Part shown: positions 9,121 to 18,237 of the stretch, in pieces | How positions within the stretch are numbered: position 1 is the stretch's first letter | Layout: each line of letters starts with the position of its first letter | Sequence record: OP599913.1 | DNA: 64,000 nt | Direction: 5' to 3' (one strand) | The notes under the pieces: generated by a model | What the model was told of the DNA's origin: nothing | The model's database searches: none | What the model saw: only the letters and a program-made list of their open reading frames with translations | Translations under genes and position numbers: made by a program

Positions 9121-10623
9121 TTACGTGATTTTAATTCGATACCCTTGGGAACCGCCAAAGAGGTAGAGGGCTTGGTTGTAGTTCACCCCCCACGCACTCG
9201 TAGCAACACCCGAGCCCAAACTTCCCAATAGCACCCACTTGTTCAACCGAGGTTCAAAATACTGAATTGGTTGATCATTAACACTCCCCGCAATCGCGTA
9301 GAGTTCTCCATTGTTCCCCAGTACAAAGGCTGCACCAACTGGGATACCAGGAAGAGTCACCGTTGTCCAGGTGTTCGTAGCCGGGTTATACTGGTACATC
9401 CCAGGGTTGTTCGCTCCCGCCACTACCCCGCCAATAACGCTCAACTTCCCTTGATAAACCATTACCGTAAAGTCAGAACAATCTCCACTCTCAGCGAAGG
9501 CCTTAAGGACAGTGTGGGTATTGGCAACAGGATCGTACGCAATCAAGAAGCCTTTATTCGTGGTGGGGGTTCCTGACTGTACCCCGCAGATGTACACCTT
9601 CCCATTGAGATAAACCGCTCCACCTGTCAGCGGAGTCAGGGGCATATTGGGTAAACGGGTGACGATGTTCGTAGTGGGATTATACCCGTACGCATCATTC
9701 GCAGCGCCTCCTAGGAAGTAAAGAACATCCTTACCATCAGAAACCAGGATGGAGTTCTTCCGGCGAGGATTGGTAGGCCCTGTTGGACTCAGGGTTTCAA
9801 GTACCCGGGTTTCAAAGTTAACCCGACGGAACTCTTTGGTAGCGGTCTCTACCCCACCGTAGTAGTAGATATGGTTTCCATGGACACATCCCCGTCCGGT
9901 ATTGAATAACAATGAACCCGGCCAGTTAACCATCGCTTCACTCTGACCTTCAATAAACGGGTACGTCCCCTTGGCATACAGAATAGGTCGCCATCCCTGG
10001 GTAGGGACTTCAGAATCACTGGCAGAGTACGTGACATTCCTAATGGTGTACCACCCCCGATACGCTTGAGTGGTACCGGGTTCATTACCCGTAATGTCTT
10101 TACCCCAGTTGGTATTCCCGTTAGTATTACCCCCGCTGGCCGCTTGATTCATCCCCAGTTCTGCATCCGTGAACCGAGTGGGCCAGTTGAATCCATTGGG
10201 ATCTGATACATGGACGTTATACAACAACCGGTCCCATTCAGACGTTGCCGTATTGCCATCACTCCCCATGGTCAAGAGACCCACAGTGTAAATAACCCCT
10301 CGGTACCGGAGCTCATAGCTCCCTGTCCGTAGACCGGCTTGGGTCAACAGAATACGCCGAACATTATTCCGGATCGGCATTTGAGGAATGTAACAGGTTT
10401 CATTGTGGTTCGAAAACTTCAACCACGGTTTGCCTTCATTGATCACTTTACCAAAGGCAATCCCAGTGAGTTTCGCTAAATCCTCGTAACCAAACAATTC
10501 CGTTGCAGGAGTAATCCCGTACCATCCTTGCGCAGGACTACCCGCTTTCAGTTTAGAAGGCCCCGGATAAGGATCGTCCGGAAAGGCATTCGCGGTCGAT
10601 GTAAAGAGTAACGCTTCTATCAT
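9121..10623 (-). CDS. virion-associated protein: jumbo-phage PGP..AG..GWYG domain plus C-terminal Kelch propeller
   Basis: N-terminal PGPSKLKAG..GWYG..ELFG..WLKF and C-terminal Kelch blades (IYYYGG, LYFLGG, LSVIGG, YLFGG). Confidence 0.8.
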   Translation of the reverse strand: MIEALLFTSTANAFPDDPYPGPSKLKAGSPAQGWYGITPATELFGYEDLAKLTGIAFGKVINEGKPWLKFSNHNETCYIPQMPIRNNVRRILLTQAGLRTGSYELRYRGVIYTVGLLTMGSDGNTATSEWDRLLYNVHVSDPNGFNWPTRFTDAELGMNQAASGGNTNGNTNWGKDITGNEPGTTQAYRGWYTIRNVTYSASDSEVPTQGWRPILYAKGTYPFIEGQSEAMVNWPGSLLFNTGRGCVHGNHIYYYGGVETATKEFRRVNFETRVLETLSPTGPTNPRRKNSILVSDGKDVLYFLGGAANDAYGYNPTTNIVTRLPNMPLTPLTGGAVYLNGKVYICGVQSGTPTTNKGFLIAYDPVANTHTVLKAFAESGDCSDFTVMVYQGKLSVIGGVVAGANNPGMYQYNPATNTWTTVTLPGIPVGAAFVLGNNGELYAIAGSVNDQPIQYFEPRLNKWVLLGSLGSGVATSAWGVNYNQALYLFGGSQGYRIKIT

Positions 10624-10638
10624 GATGACTTATACCCC

Positions 10639-10678
10639 AAAAAGAATACCAGGGAGACCCCGTAGAGCCCCCCTGGTA
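10639..10678 (-). terminator. terminator downstream of the tail fibre gene
   Basis: TACCAGGG/CCCTGGTA stem with TTCTTTTT on the minus strand. Confidence 0.55.
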
Positions 10679-10687
10679 GTCATACTG

Positions 10688-13600
10688 TTAAGGAACAACA
10701 GCCCCCAACGCACCAATCCATTTGGTTCCATTCCAGGTAAAGACGTAGACCAGTTCAGATCCACTGACGGATGGGGGAGTTCCGTTATGCCACACCAAGG
10801 GTGTTGCATCCTTACCAGCGAAGGTCACAACACCCGCTCCGCCGGTGACATTAACCGTCAGGACCATCCCACGTACCGGGGCTTTAGGTCCATCAGCAAT
10901 CACCATTTGCTTACCCCCCGCCGCGGTGTTATTGATCTGGATGTACTGATCCACCAACGGATTGATTTCCCCACTGGTCGTAAAGACCTTAATCGGCAAA
11001 TCATAGCGGTCAAAGGTGAGATCCAACTCCTTCCATTCAGGAATATCCGTACCGGCACGGAAGACCCGAACGTACTGTTTACCATCCTTGGCTTGGAGGT
11101 CTTCAATACCCTTCGGAAACTCAATAGCTTTCCATTCGGTACCGTCACCTTCTGCATTGACAGCCTGGGCGTAATACGTCCCTGCAACCGCATTCGGTAC
11201 AGGACCAATAGGGAGGGGTACCCAACGGTTACCCAACCGAACAACCCGCCCTTCAGACTCCATGGGGGAATTGACATCACCCGCCACCAAACGCCCCCAC
11301 AGGACCCAACCCCGATCAACGGTCTTGTAGAACACGTTGAAGGTCTCAGAGACAGCCCAGTCACCGACTCGACCACTGAAGGCATCCGAAGGTGCGTCTA
11401 CACCCGGCGGCAACGTAAGCCACCGGCTGCCTTGCTCGCCCTGAATACCGGGTTTCCCTTGAGGTCCGGGAGGACCGTCACCTCCGGTCTTACCGGTTTG
11501 ACCGCGCCATTCACCGGTTTCACGCCAGGCGTTAGTCGACGTACTCCAGATGGCTAGGGTGTTGGACTCCGCCAGGTAATACGCATCCCCCGCAACCCCC
11601 GCAGGAATAGCCGCTTGTAAAGCTGCCAGGTTCGCATAATCCCCTTTAATGGGTACCGCAGGGCCTTCGGGACCTTGTTCACCCCGTTCCCCGTCCTTAC
11701 CCGGTTCACCCCGGAAATCAAACCCAGGACTCCACTCGCCCTCATCATTCACGAAATACGTTAAATGATTCTCCAGAACGAGGATAGCATCACCTTGCTT
11801 ATAATCACCTGCCGCAGGCAGTTCTGCCAAGGTGGGTACTACATCCACCATGTTCAACCCAGCACCGGGAGCGCCATCACTTCCTGGCATGGACACTGGA
11901 CCCACGTTATCCCAACGAGTTCCAGTATTCACCCAGAGGTCTTTATTCAGGTCAACGTAGGCTTTACCTTGAGTTTCCTCGTTAATCGGAGGAGGATCGG
12001 CATCCGCAGGTGTCAGGACTTTAATGATGTCCAAGGACTTGCCATTCAGGCCATCCTTACCGTTCTCACCATCCTTCCCTTTAAAGACACCCAGATTTGC
12101 CCATGCATTCGAAATGAATCCATAGATCGCGTTTTCATCACGAACGGCATAGACCCATTGATCTTCAGGATTCGCAGGAAGGTCCGCTACCGTGTCAACC
12201 ACACCCCGAAGAACAATGTTGGTACCGTCACGACCATGGAGGCTGGTCAGGAACTCCTCTTCACTCCCAGTATTCCCTTTGGAAATCCAGAGTTCATACG
12301 TGGACTGACCATCGATACCGTCTTTCCCTTTAAAGGGACCCAGGTCCAACCAGGTCGAACTCGCTGCACTCCATACGTACAACCGAAGGGTGTCTCGTGT
12401 CACATACCCGTCTTGGTTAGCCGGAGGGTTGGGTAGGCTGTCCAGATCAGCACGGGTCCCTACAGTCCCCAAGACATTCAGGTTCTCACCAGGTTCGCCT
12501 TTCATGGCCGCCCAGTAATCATCTTCCGTCTTACCTTGGTTCTCGGGTTTATTCAACCAGACCTGAACACTGTTCAGACCACCCGGTCCTGCATCACCCT
12601 TTTCCCCTTTAAACCCCCCCAGCTTCCGCCACGCGCTGTTCAGGTAGATGTACAGGGTATTCTCATCCTGAACCGAATAAACATCCTGTTCTACACCGGG
12701 GTTGGGGAGGTCATCTATGGTCGCTACGGTGTCTTTAACGATCAAGTTACGACCGTCAACACCGTTTCTACCATCTTCTCCCTTGAATTGACCCAGAATT
12801 ACCCAGTTATTCTCAATCCACATACGGACCGTATTGTCCGCACGAACCGACCAGGCATCCTGTTCAACCGCGTTACTCGGGAGTTCACTGGCCAGGTCTA
12901 CCGCCCCTTTCACCACGATACTCTTACCGTCGGTACCGTCCTTACCGTCCTTGCCCTTATACTGACCGACATCAACCCAATCCGTACGGTCTGCAATGTA
13001 GATCCACAGGTGGCCCGTATCCAACGTCACCCAGCCATGTTGATCAACCGGGTCTTTAGCATTCAGCGCATTACGGTCAGCCACCGTTCCCTGTACCTGA
13101 AGGTTAGCCCCGCGTTCACCCCGAATGGCTTCCTGCCACTCTGTAATGGTTTTGTTCTCGTTACCGGGAATCTTCTTCCAGGTTTCGAACGCATCATCTC
13201 CCTGAGCACCTTTATCTCCTCGTTGGGAAGCCAGGAATTCCTGAAGGGTCTTTTCTTCATTCCCAGGAATCTCTTTCCACAGCTCGAAGGTACTCTTGCC
13301 GTCAGGACCTCGAATGTTCAAACTTTCCCAGACAAACTCACCCGCTGTTTTACCCGGAACCAGAACATGGATATCATTCCGCCACAGGTAGGCATCTCCG
13401 GGTTTATTCCCTTCAGGCAGTGGGAGATCGAGGTTGTCAGGCCAAACGCCCAACAGGTTAATCCCCCGTTCCCCTTGCAAGGAACCCGAAGACGCCCATT
13501 CGTTACCGTTCCATACCCGTAGGGCAAAGTTAACGAAGTACGCGGTACCGATCGGAAGCTCTTGGGTATCAATAGCTTCCAGTTCAGCTTCCGAATTGAG

Positions 13601-13828
13601 TTTACCTTTAAGAACAACCCCTTGAGTTGAGAGGGATTCTAGACTCTCCTTCAACCACCGGGTACGCGCATCCAACACCCGAGCTTGGAAGTTAGCCGCA
13701 CCCTCGCCGTTGTCTCCCCCGCGAACTCGTACGTCAGTCACCAAAGCCGGGAGGTGTTCTTCCCATCGAGACTCCTCGACAATCGCTGGTAGTTCACCCG
13801 GTGTTACTGTTTCATCGCCAATAGCCAT
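10688..13828 (-). CDS. long tail fibre with collagen-like G-X-Y segments and repeated globular modules
   Basis: 1046 aa; N-terminal AN.QARVLDARTR.LKE anchor, many GKDG/GEKG/GPQG triplets, repeated V.G.V...LP....D.Y.V....W...G.FKG modules. Confidence 0.88.
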   Translation of the reverse strand: MAIGDETVTPGELPAIVEESRWEEHLPALVTDVRVRGGDNGEGAANFQARVLDARTRWLKESLESLSTQGVVLKGKLNSEAELEAIDTQELPIGTAYFVNFALRVWNGNEWASSGSLQGERGINLLGVWPDNLDLPLPEGNKPGDAYLWRNDIHVLVPGKTAGEFVWESLNIRGPDGKSTFELWKEIPGNEEKTLQEFLASQRGDKGAQGDDAFETWKKIPGNENKTITEWQEAIRGERGANLQVQGTVADRNALNAKDPVDQHGWVTLDTGHLWIYIADRTDWVDVGQYKGKDGKDGTDGKSIVVKGAVDLASELPSNAVEQDAWSVRADNTVRMWIENNWVILGQFKGEDGRNGVDGRNLIVKDTVATIDDLPNPGVEQDVYSVQDENTLYIYLNSAWRKLGGFKGEKGDAGPGGLNSVQVWLNKPENQGKTEDDYWAAMKGEPGENLNVLGTVGTRADLDSLPNPPANQDGYVTRDTLRLYVWSAASSTWLDLGPFKGKDGIDGQSTYELWISKGNTGSEEEFLTSLHGRDGTNIVLRGVVDTVADLPANPEDQWVYAVRDENAIYGFISNAWANLGVFKGKDGENGKDGLNGKSLDIIKVLTPADADPPPINEETQGKAYVDLNKDLWVNTGTRWDNVGPVSMPGSDGAPGAGLNMVDVVPTLAELPAAGDYKQGDAILVLENHLTYFVNDEGEWSPGFDFRGEPGKDGERGEQGPEGPAVPIKGDYANLAALQAAIPAGVAGDAYYLAESNTLAIWSTSTNAWRETGEWRGQTGKTGGDGPPGPQGKPGIQGEQGSRWLTLPPGVDAPSDAFSGRVGDWAVSETFNVFYKTVDRGWVLWGRLVAGDVNSPMESEGRVVRLGNRWVPLPIGPVPNAVAGTYYAQAVNAEGDGTEWKAIEFPKGIEDLQAKDGKQYVRVFRAGTDIPEWKELDLTFDRYDLPIKVFTTSGEINPLVDQYIQINNTAAGGKQMVIADGPKAPVRGMVLTVNVTGGAGVVTFAGKDATPLVWHNGTPPSVSGSELVYVFTWNGTKWIGALGAVVP

Positions 13829-13845
13829 TTAAGAAATTCCTCTGA

Positions 13846-15288
13846 TTAAGGGGTAAAAACAAGATGGGTGTTCAATTGACCCACCCGCACGGTGGTCGTT
13901 TGGGCGACCCCTTTCTTCAACACAATCACGACCCGGAGTTTCAAGGCCTTAGGGGCTCTGGCCAATTCAAGGATTTGGGTATCGAAGATCCCCGAGAGAT
14001 CCCCTTGACGCAGGGGGTAATTCAGTTCAACGTTCTGACCCGAGCGTACAGTTTGGACTTGATCGTCCTGGTAGGTTACTTCCAGTTCCAGTCCTACTTG
14101 CAAGACCGCTTCCGCATCGGTTTGAATCGCCCAACGACCCTGAGCTACCAATTTCATCCCTACGGTCAGGTTTGTAATAGGGAGATCCTGTTCCATTCCC
14201 AAGGTCGGTTGATTACCGGTAGGTGTGCCCGTAAAGGACATCACCTGGTATTCGCCCCCTGAAGGGTTGGTTTCCTTGGTAATAGCGACGGTCAAACCGG
14301 TCAGTTGATTACCTCCAATACCGGTATTCGAGGCGATCTCAACCGTGGTAATGGTAGCACCTCCCGAATCCCCAGCACTACCATCATTACCGGTCAGCAA
14401 AGGGTTGGGGTTAATGCTCCCGAAGAAGTGGGCGGTCTCCGGCGGTGTCGTGCTGAACGGGATGTAACTGGTTGGCAAGGTAATGGTATTCTTGAACAGC
14501 TTGCTCACCGCAGCGGCGACATGGTTACCGATGATCTCGGCTCCTTTGGGGCTTGGGTGTGCACCGTCCCCCAGCATGCCTGCCAGCGGCTTATTGACAT
14601 TACCCGGCTCTACCATGTCATCCCAGGGGTTAACCACGATAACACCCCGTTTAGGCAGCTCAGAGAGCATCCACAGGTGCACTTGGTAATGAATAGCCAA
14701 TTGTTCATCACTGAGCCCAATAGCGGCTTGTTCTACCGGGGTTTCAGCGATCACAATGACGGTTTTGCCATTGGCCAGCAATGTGGCGTAAATCTCGGAG
14801 AGGTTATTGATCGTTTCATTGAACGTCTGGTTACGCAGACGGTCATTCCCCGAACCCAAATGGATAATGACATCGAACTTATCCAAGGAAGCCAGGAGTT
14901 GGGGAAGACGTTGGGCTTGTTGGGAGGTAGTATTCCCATCGACACCGGCGTTCATGGCATCCGGGAAGGCTACGGCTCCCTCGGTCTTCGCACTGGTCCA
15001 GAAGGCCAGACCAACGTTACCTTTCACGCACTGGTAAGCCCGGCTATCACCGTATACCACGATATTGCGGTTAAACGGCAACCGGTCATTACTTACCGCA
15101 TTGACTTTGGTGGTCAGGGTATTCACTTCTTCTTTCAAATAACGGGTACGAGCGTCCAGCACACGTGCTTGCTTGTTCGCATTGCCGGTGCCTTCTTCGG
15201 TGGCTTCAACCTTGTCATCCGGCATCAGAGCCAGCAAAGGTTCAACCCATCCCGGTTGTTCATTAATCACCACGGGATTGTCAGCCAT
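13846..15288 (-). CDS. tail spike with SGNH/GDSL esterase domain
   Basis: VVYGDS (block I), AGVDG (II), GSGND (III), DGAHP (V); same N-terminal anchor as the fibre. Confidence 0.88.
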   Translation of the reverse strand: MADNPVVINEQPGWVEPLLALMPDDKVEATEEGTGNANKQARVLDARTRYLKEEVNTLTTKVNAVSNDRLPFNRNIVVYGDSRAYQCVKGNVGLAFWTSAKTEGAVAFPDAMNAGVDGNTTSQQAQRLPQLLASLDKFDVIIHLGSGNDRLRNQTFNETINNLSEIYATLLANGKTVIVIAETPVEQAAIGLSDEQLAIHYQVHLWMLSELPKRGVIVVNPWDDMVEPGNVNKPLAGMLGDGAHPSPKGAEIIGNHVAAAVSKLFKNTITLPTSYIPFSTTPPETAHFFGSINPNPLLTGNDGSAGDSGGATITTVEIASNTGIGGNQLTGLTVAITKETNPSGGEYQVMSFTGTPTGNQPTLGMEQDLPITNLTVGMKLVAQGRWAIQTDAEAVLQVGLELEVTYQDDQVQTVRSGQNVELNYPLRQGDLSGIFDTQILELARAPKALKLRVVIVLKKGVAQTTTVRVGQLNTHLVFTP

Positions 15289-15303
15289 GAGAATAAGTCC
15301 TGT

Positions 15304-15897
15304 TTAATACGTGAGGGTGCCGTCGTAACGGAATTGTCCGTTAAAACGAGGAATGGCGTCGTAATGGCTTTCTACGACAGCCAGGGTACCGGTAACGGTG
15401 TTGGAGTCAATGGTAGCCTGAGTGAACTCCCCGTCGAGGGTAATTTCATCATCCGTCAAGTCGTAGTAGCATTTGGCTTTGATCAGGGTTTTAATGTGTT
15501 CAGGGTTACGACTCCCTTTGAACACCAATACCGCTCCTTCAATGATATCCTCGTCTCGTTTGACTTGGTAAATACCTTCCACTCCCTGGGTTTGTAAAAC
15601 GTCCCAATCAACCGGATCGGGGGTTTCCAGCATGGAGACTTTATTCTTCACATAATCCGCTGGGAGGTACCGTTGGTTCTTACCGGTCAGTTTACCTTCG
15701 GAATCGATGTTGACCACCCGAGCAAATTCACCACCTTCTACCTCAACTTTCCTGAGGTCAGAGAGGGTAGTATTGTCCAGGGTGAGTTGTTCTAATACAC
15801 TAACAATGTTCGGTTCATCGGAATAACGTTCTTTATTAAAAGCGATGAACCGTTCCAGAAACAGTAGATCGTTTGGAAAGGCCATGGGCGTGTCCAC
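15304..15897 (-). CDS. putative tail/baseplate structural protein, paralog of 2987-3616
   Basis: First gene of the fibre operon; C-terminal RFNGQFRYDGTLTY motif; N-terminal similarity to 2987..3616. Confidence 0.7.
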   Translation of the reverse strand: MDTPMAFPNDLLFLERFIAFNKERYSDEPNIVSVLEQLTLDNTTLSDLRKVEVEGGEFARVVNIDSEGKLTGKNQRYLPADYVKNKVSMLETPDPVDWDVLQTQGVEGIYQVKRDEDIIEGAVLVFKGSRNPEHIKTLIKAKCYYDLTDDEITLDGEFTQATIDSNTVTGTLAVVESHYDAIPRFNGQFRYDGTLTY

Positions 15898-15999
15898 AGA
15901 AGTAGATAGAGGGTTCGGTCATTAGACCATAAAATTGGTAAATAAAATAGTACCCAAACCCATATTCTTCACTTACCTGGTTATTTAACTTGAGGTTCT

Positions 16000-16025
16000 T
16001 TTCAAACCTACATTACCAGGGTGAA
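16000..16025 (+). promoter_or_regulatory. phage promoter (CTACATTAC variant)
   Basis: TTTCAAACCTACATTACCAGGGTGAA heads the small-gene island. Confidence 0.6.
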
Positions 16026-16065
16026 GCACAGACAGAGACCGTTTAACGGTCAAGGAGACTTGTCA

Positions 16066-16224
16066 ATGAATACCCTTCAGGCTAAAGTTGAAGCCCTGCG
16101 TCAAAAAGCCCGTCGTTATGCCCGTCAGGCGATGTGTTCCCTAGAACCGTCTTACCGGCAACATTACCGTCAACTGAGCTACGAAGCAAGCCGTATGGCA
16201 GATCGCCTTCAACGCCAACTGTGA
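16066..16224 (+). CDS. small basic helical protein (52 aa)
   Basis: AAGGAG RBS before ATG 16066; ORF track 16021..16224. Confidence 0.7.
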   Translation: MNTLQAKVEALRQKARRYARQAMCSLEPSYRQHYRQLSYEASRMADRLQRQL

Positions 16225-16262
16225 TTGGTGTTTACCCCCCTTCCCCCACACAGAGGTGTAAG

Positions 16263-16493
16263 ATGAGCAATGTTATCGATATGTTCGACTGGCGTGACTC
16301 GAAGAATAAGTGTTCGAGTCAGTTCTCAGTGCTTCATCGTGAAATCGAAGCACTGTACGTCATTCAGAACCGTGCCCTTCAGGAGATCGCTTCAGCGGAT
16401 ACGGTCTTGGCGTATGAACAAGCTAAACTCTTCCTGATGGATGTCAGGATTGAAATCTACACCAAGACCATTGCGTTGAGTCAGTGTATCTAA
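16263..16493 (+). CDS. small hypothetical protein (76 aa)
   Basis: GAGGT RBS before ATG 16263, in frame with ORF 16134..16493. Confidence 0.7.
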   Translation: MSNVIDMFDWRDSKNKCSSQFSVLHREIEALYVIQNRALQEIASADTVLAYEQAKLFLMDVRIEIYTKTIALSQCI

Positions 16494-16516
16494 GGACATT
16501 TAACGTCCAGTGGTAA

Positions 16517-16540
16517 TCAAGTCTATATTACTTGGGTGAT
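16517..16540 (+). promoter_or_regulatory. early promoter TATATTAC
   Basis: TCAAGTCTATATTACTTGGGTGAT, intergenic. Confidence 0.75.
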
Positions 16541-16579
16541 TAGGTACACAACATTCATTCCTTTTTAGAGGTTTACACC

Positions 16580-17059
16580 ATGGCTAAACAGTCGAACTTC
16601 ACCATCGCTAACTACAACGCCGTCCTGGAAGCTGTTAAAGCCAACAACGGTTACGTGATCGACACCCACGGTGGTAGCCGTGGACCTTATCGTGCTGCTG
16701 GTATCGCCGCACTGGTGAAGGACGAAAGGGTTACCCCGGTGCTGCTGTGCCATGGTTCCTACTTCTGCCTGAACTCGCTGCACAAGGAAGCCGATGGTTC
16801 GGTGACCCTCTCCAGCTGGTCGGTCGGTGTTACCATCTTCACCCACCAACACGGTGGGCTGGAAGAAGCGATCCAAGCCTACAACAAGGAGCAATCCGAG
16901 TGGGCGTTGTCGGGTGGTCAACTGATGCATGTACGCATCTTCGACTACACCGACGAAACCGCACCTGTGTTCGGCGAGCCAGTTGATCTGGCAGGCGAAG
17001 TCGTGGGTGCGCTGGCAGCACAAGAGCCGATCGCCAAGGTCGACATCCCTGCTCAATAA
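16580..17059 (+). CDS. early hypothetical protein (159 aa)
   Basis: GAGGT RBS, high-expression codon bias, downstream of early promoter. Confidence 0.82.
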   Translation: MAKQSNFTIANYNAVLEAVKANNGYVIDTHGGSRGPYRAAGIAALVKDERVTPVLLCHGSYFCLNSLHKEADGSVTLSSWSVGVTIFTHQHGGLEEAIQAYNKEQSEWALSGGQLMHVRIFDYTDETAPVFGEPVDLAGEVVGALAAQEPIAKVDIPAQ

Positions 17060-17104
17060 CGAGCAGTTTTCTGTACGTAATCTGACTTCATTAGGAGCAA
17101 TGCC

Positions 17105-17512
17105 ATGAGTAATGTAATGCACGTTAGCACCATCGCCGGTCGTACCGCCCTGACGGTGATCACACCCGACGACCTGCCGGTTACCAACTGGATGGAAAAT
17201 GTGCTTGCTGCACAGATCCAGAAAGTGGTTGACGAAGGTAAGGGTTGGCCCAACGACGCCGAGTTCAAGGTGGAGGTTACCTACCACACTTGGCCACAGG
17301 GTTGGGACCGGGAAGTGTACACGCACTTCTTTACCAACCGCGCCGAGCTGGACTCCTACATCAAGGACCAGCACGAGTGGGCCCGTTGTGAGGACAACAT
17401 GGTGAAGATCAAGATCTACAACTGGGACCTCGGTCCGAACTTCATGGAAACTCGTGAGTTCGGTGGTCCTGAGTTGTGGAACAGCCCTCTGAGCCGTCCT
17501 TACTTGACGTAA
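17105..17512 (+). CDS. early hypothetical protein (135 aa)
   Basis: AGGAG RBS, high-expression codon bias. Confidence 0.82.
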   Translation: MSNVMHVSTIAGRTALTVITPDDLPVTNWMENVLAAQIQKVVDEGKGWPNDAEFKVEVTYHTWPQGWDREVYTHFFTNRAELDSYIKDQHEWARCEDNMVKIKIYNWDLGPNFMETREFGGPELWNSPLSRPYLT

Positions 17513-17520
17513 GGCTAGCG

Positions 17521-17566
17521 CTACCTCCCTGCCAGTGGCAGGGAGGTAGTACTCCTTTTATTTTTT
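17521..17566 (+). terminator. intrinsic terminator
   Basis: CTACCTCCCTGCC-agt-GGCAGGGAGGTAG plus T tract. Confidence 0.85.
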
Positions 17567-17612
17567 GCTTCATTTCCATTTTTATAGTTCACTCAACACA
17601 ACGAGCAAAGTA

Positions 17613-17753
17613 ATGCCTGACACTAACAACGGTCCTGTGGAAATAAAGATGGAACGTGTGCAGTTCAAAAGAATAAAAGTAAGGGGTCTTCGTAAATTCT
17701 GGTTACTCATCAAACGCTTACTGAGTAAGGACACCGATTATAAGAACACTTGA
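17613..17753 (+). CDS. small cationic amphipathic peptide (46 aa)
   Basis: In frame with ORF 17565..17753; weak RBS; KRIKVRGLRKFWLLIKRLLSK. Confidence 0.4.
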   Translation: MPDTNNGPVEIKMERVQFKRIKVRGLRKFWLLIKRLLSKDTDYKNT

Positions 17754-17805
17754 CGAACGCATGGCTAAGTCAATGGAACTAAGGGTAATTAACTTCTAGT
17801 TGTAA

Positions 17806-17829
17806 TCAGGTCTATATTACCTTTGTGTA
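17806..17829 (+). promoter_or_regulatory. early promoter TATATTAC
   Basis: TCAGGTCTATATTACCTTTGTGTA upstream of the RHH gene. Confidence 0.72.
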
Positions 17830-17888
17830 TATTAAGGCGTGGTTGCCTTCCTATTTTTAAGACCGAATAAACACAAAGGATGTTATCT

Positions 17889-18236
17889 ATGAGTCAAGTC
17901 AAGAAAGCGATGAAAGGTGTTCTGAAAGGTAACAGTCGAACGGCCGATAAGTTTGTATTATGGATGCCAGTTGAGCTACGCGATAAGGTTAGCGAACGCG
18001 CAACGGCCAATGGGCGGAGTATGAATGCTGAATTTATCATGCTCATACAGGCTGCGATAGCCAGTGGGAACACAGGTGGAACCCAAATAAGGACTATTCC
18101 ATCGGTAGGTGACCCTGTTCGGGTTGAAGGGCTCCCAGGTGTGGTGACTGAATTGATACCGACACCGACTGGATTAAAGATCCGGGCAAAAACCTGTGAG
18201 GGAGAGGATATTTATTCGTTATGGGAGATTGTTTGA
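17889..18236 (+). CDS. Arc/AmrZ-family ribbon-helix-helix protein
   Basis: [34 protein letters not shown] versus P. aeruginosa AmrZ [34 protein letters not shown] (recalled); AAAGGA RBS before ATG 17889. Confidence 0.85.
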   Translation: [115 protein letters not shown]

Positions 18237-18237
18237 T

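Noticed and set aside
14305-15597. 430-aa plus-strand ORF (and similar shadows at 987-1766, 10622-11557, 12536-13522, 16565-17374, 57712-58491, 60080-60853)
   Set aside because: Fully antisense to well-supported genes, with unnatural composition and no RBS
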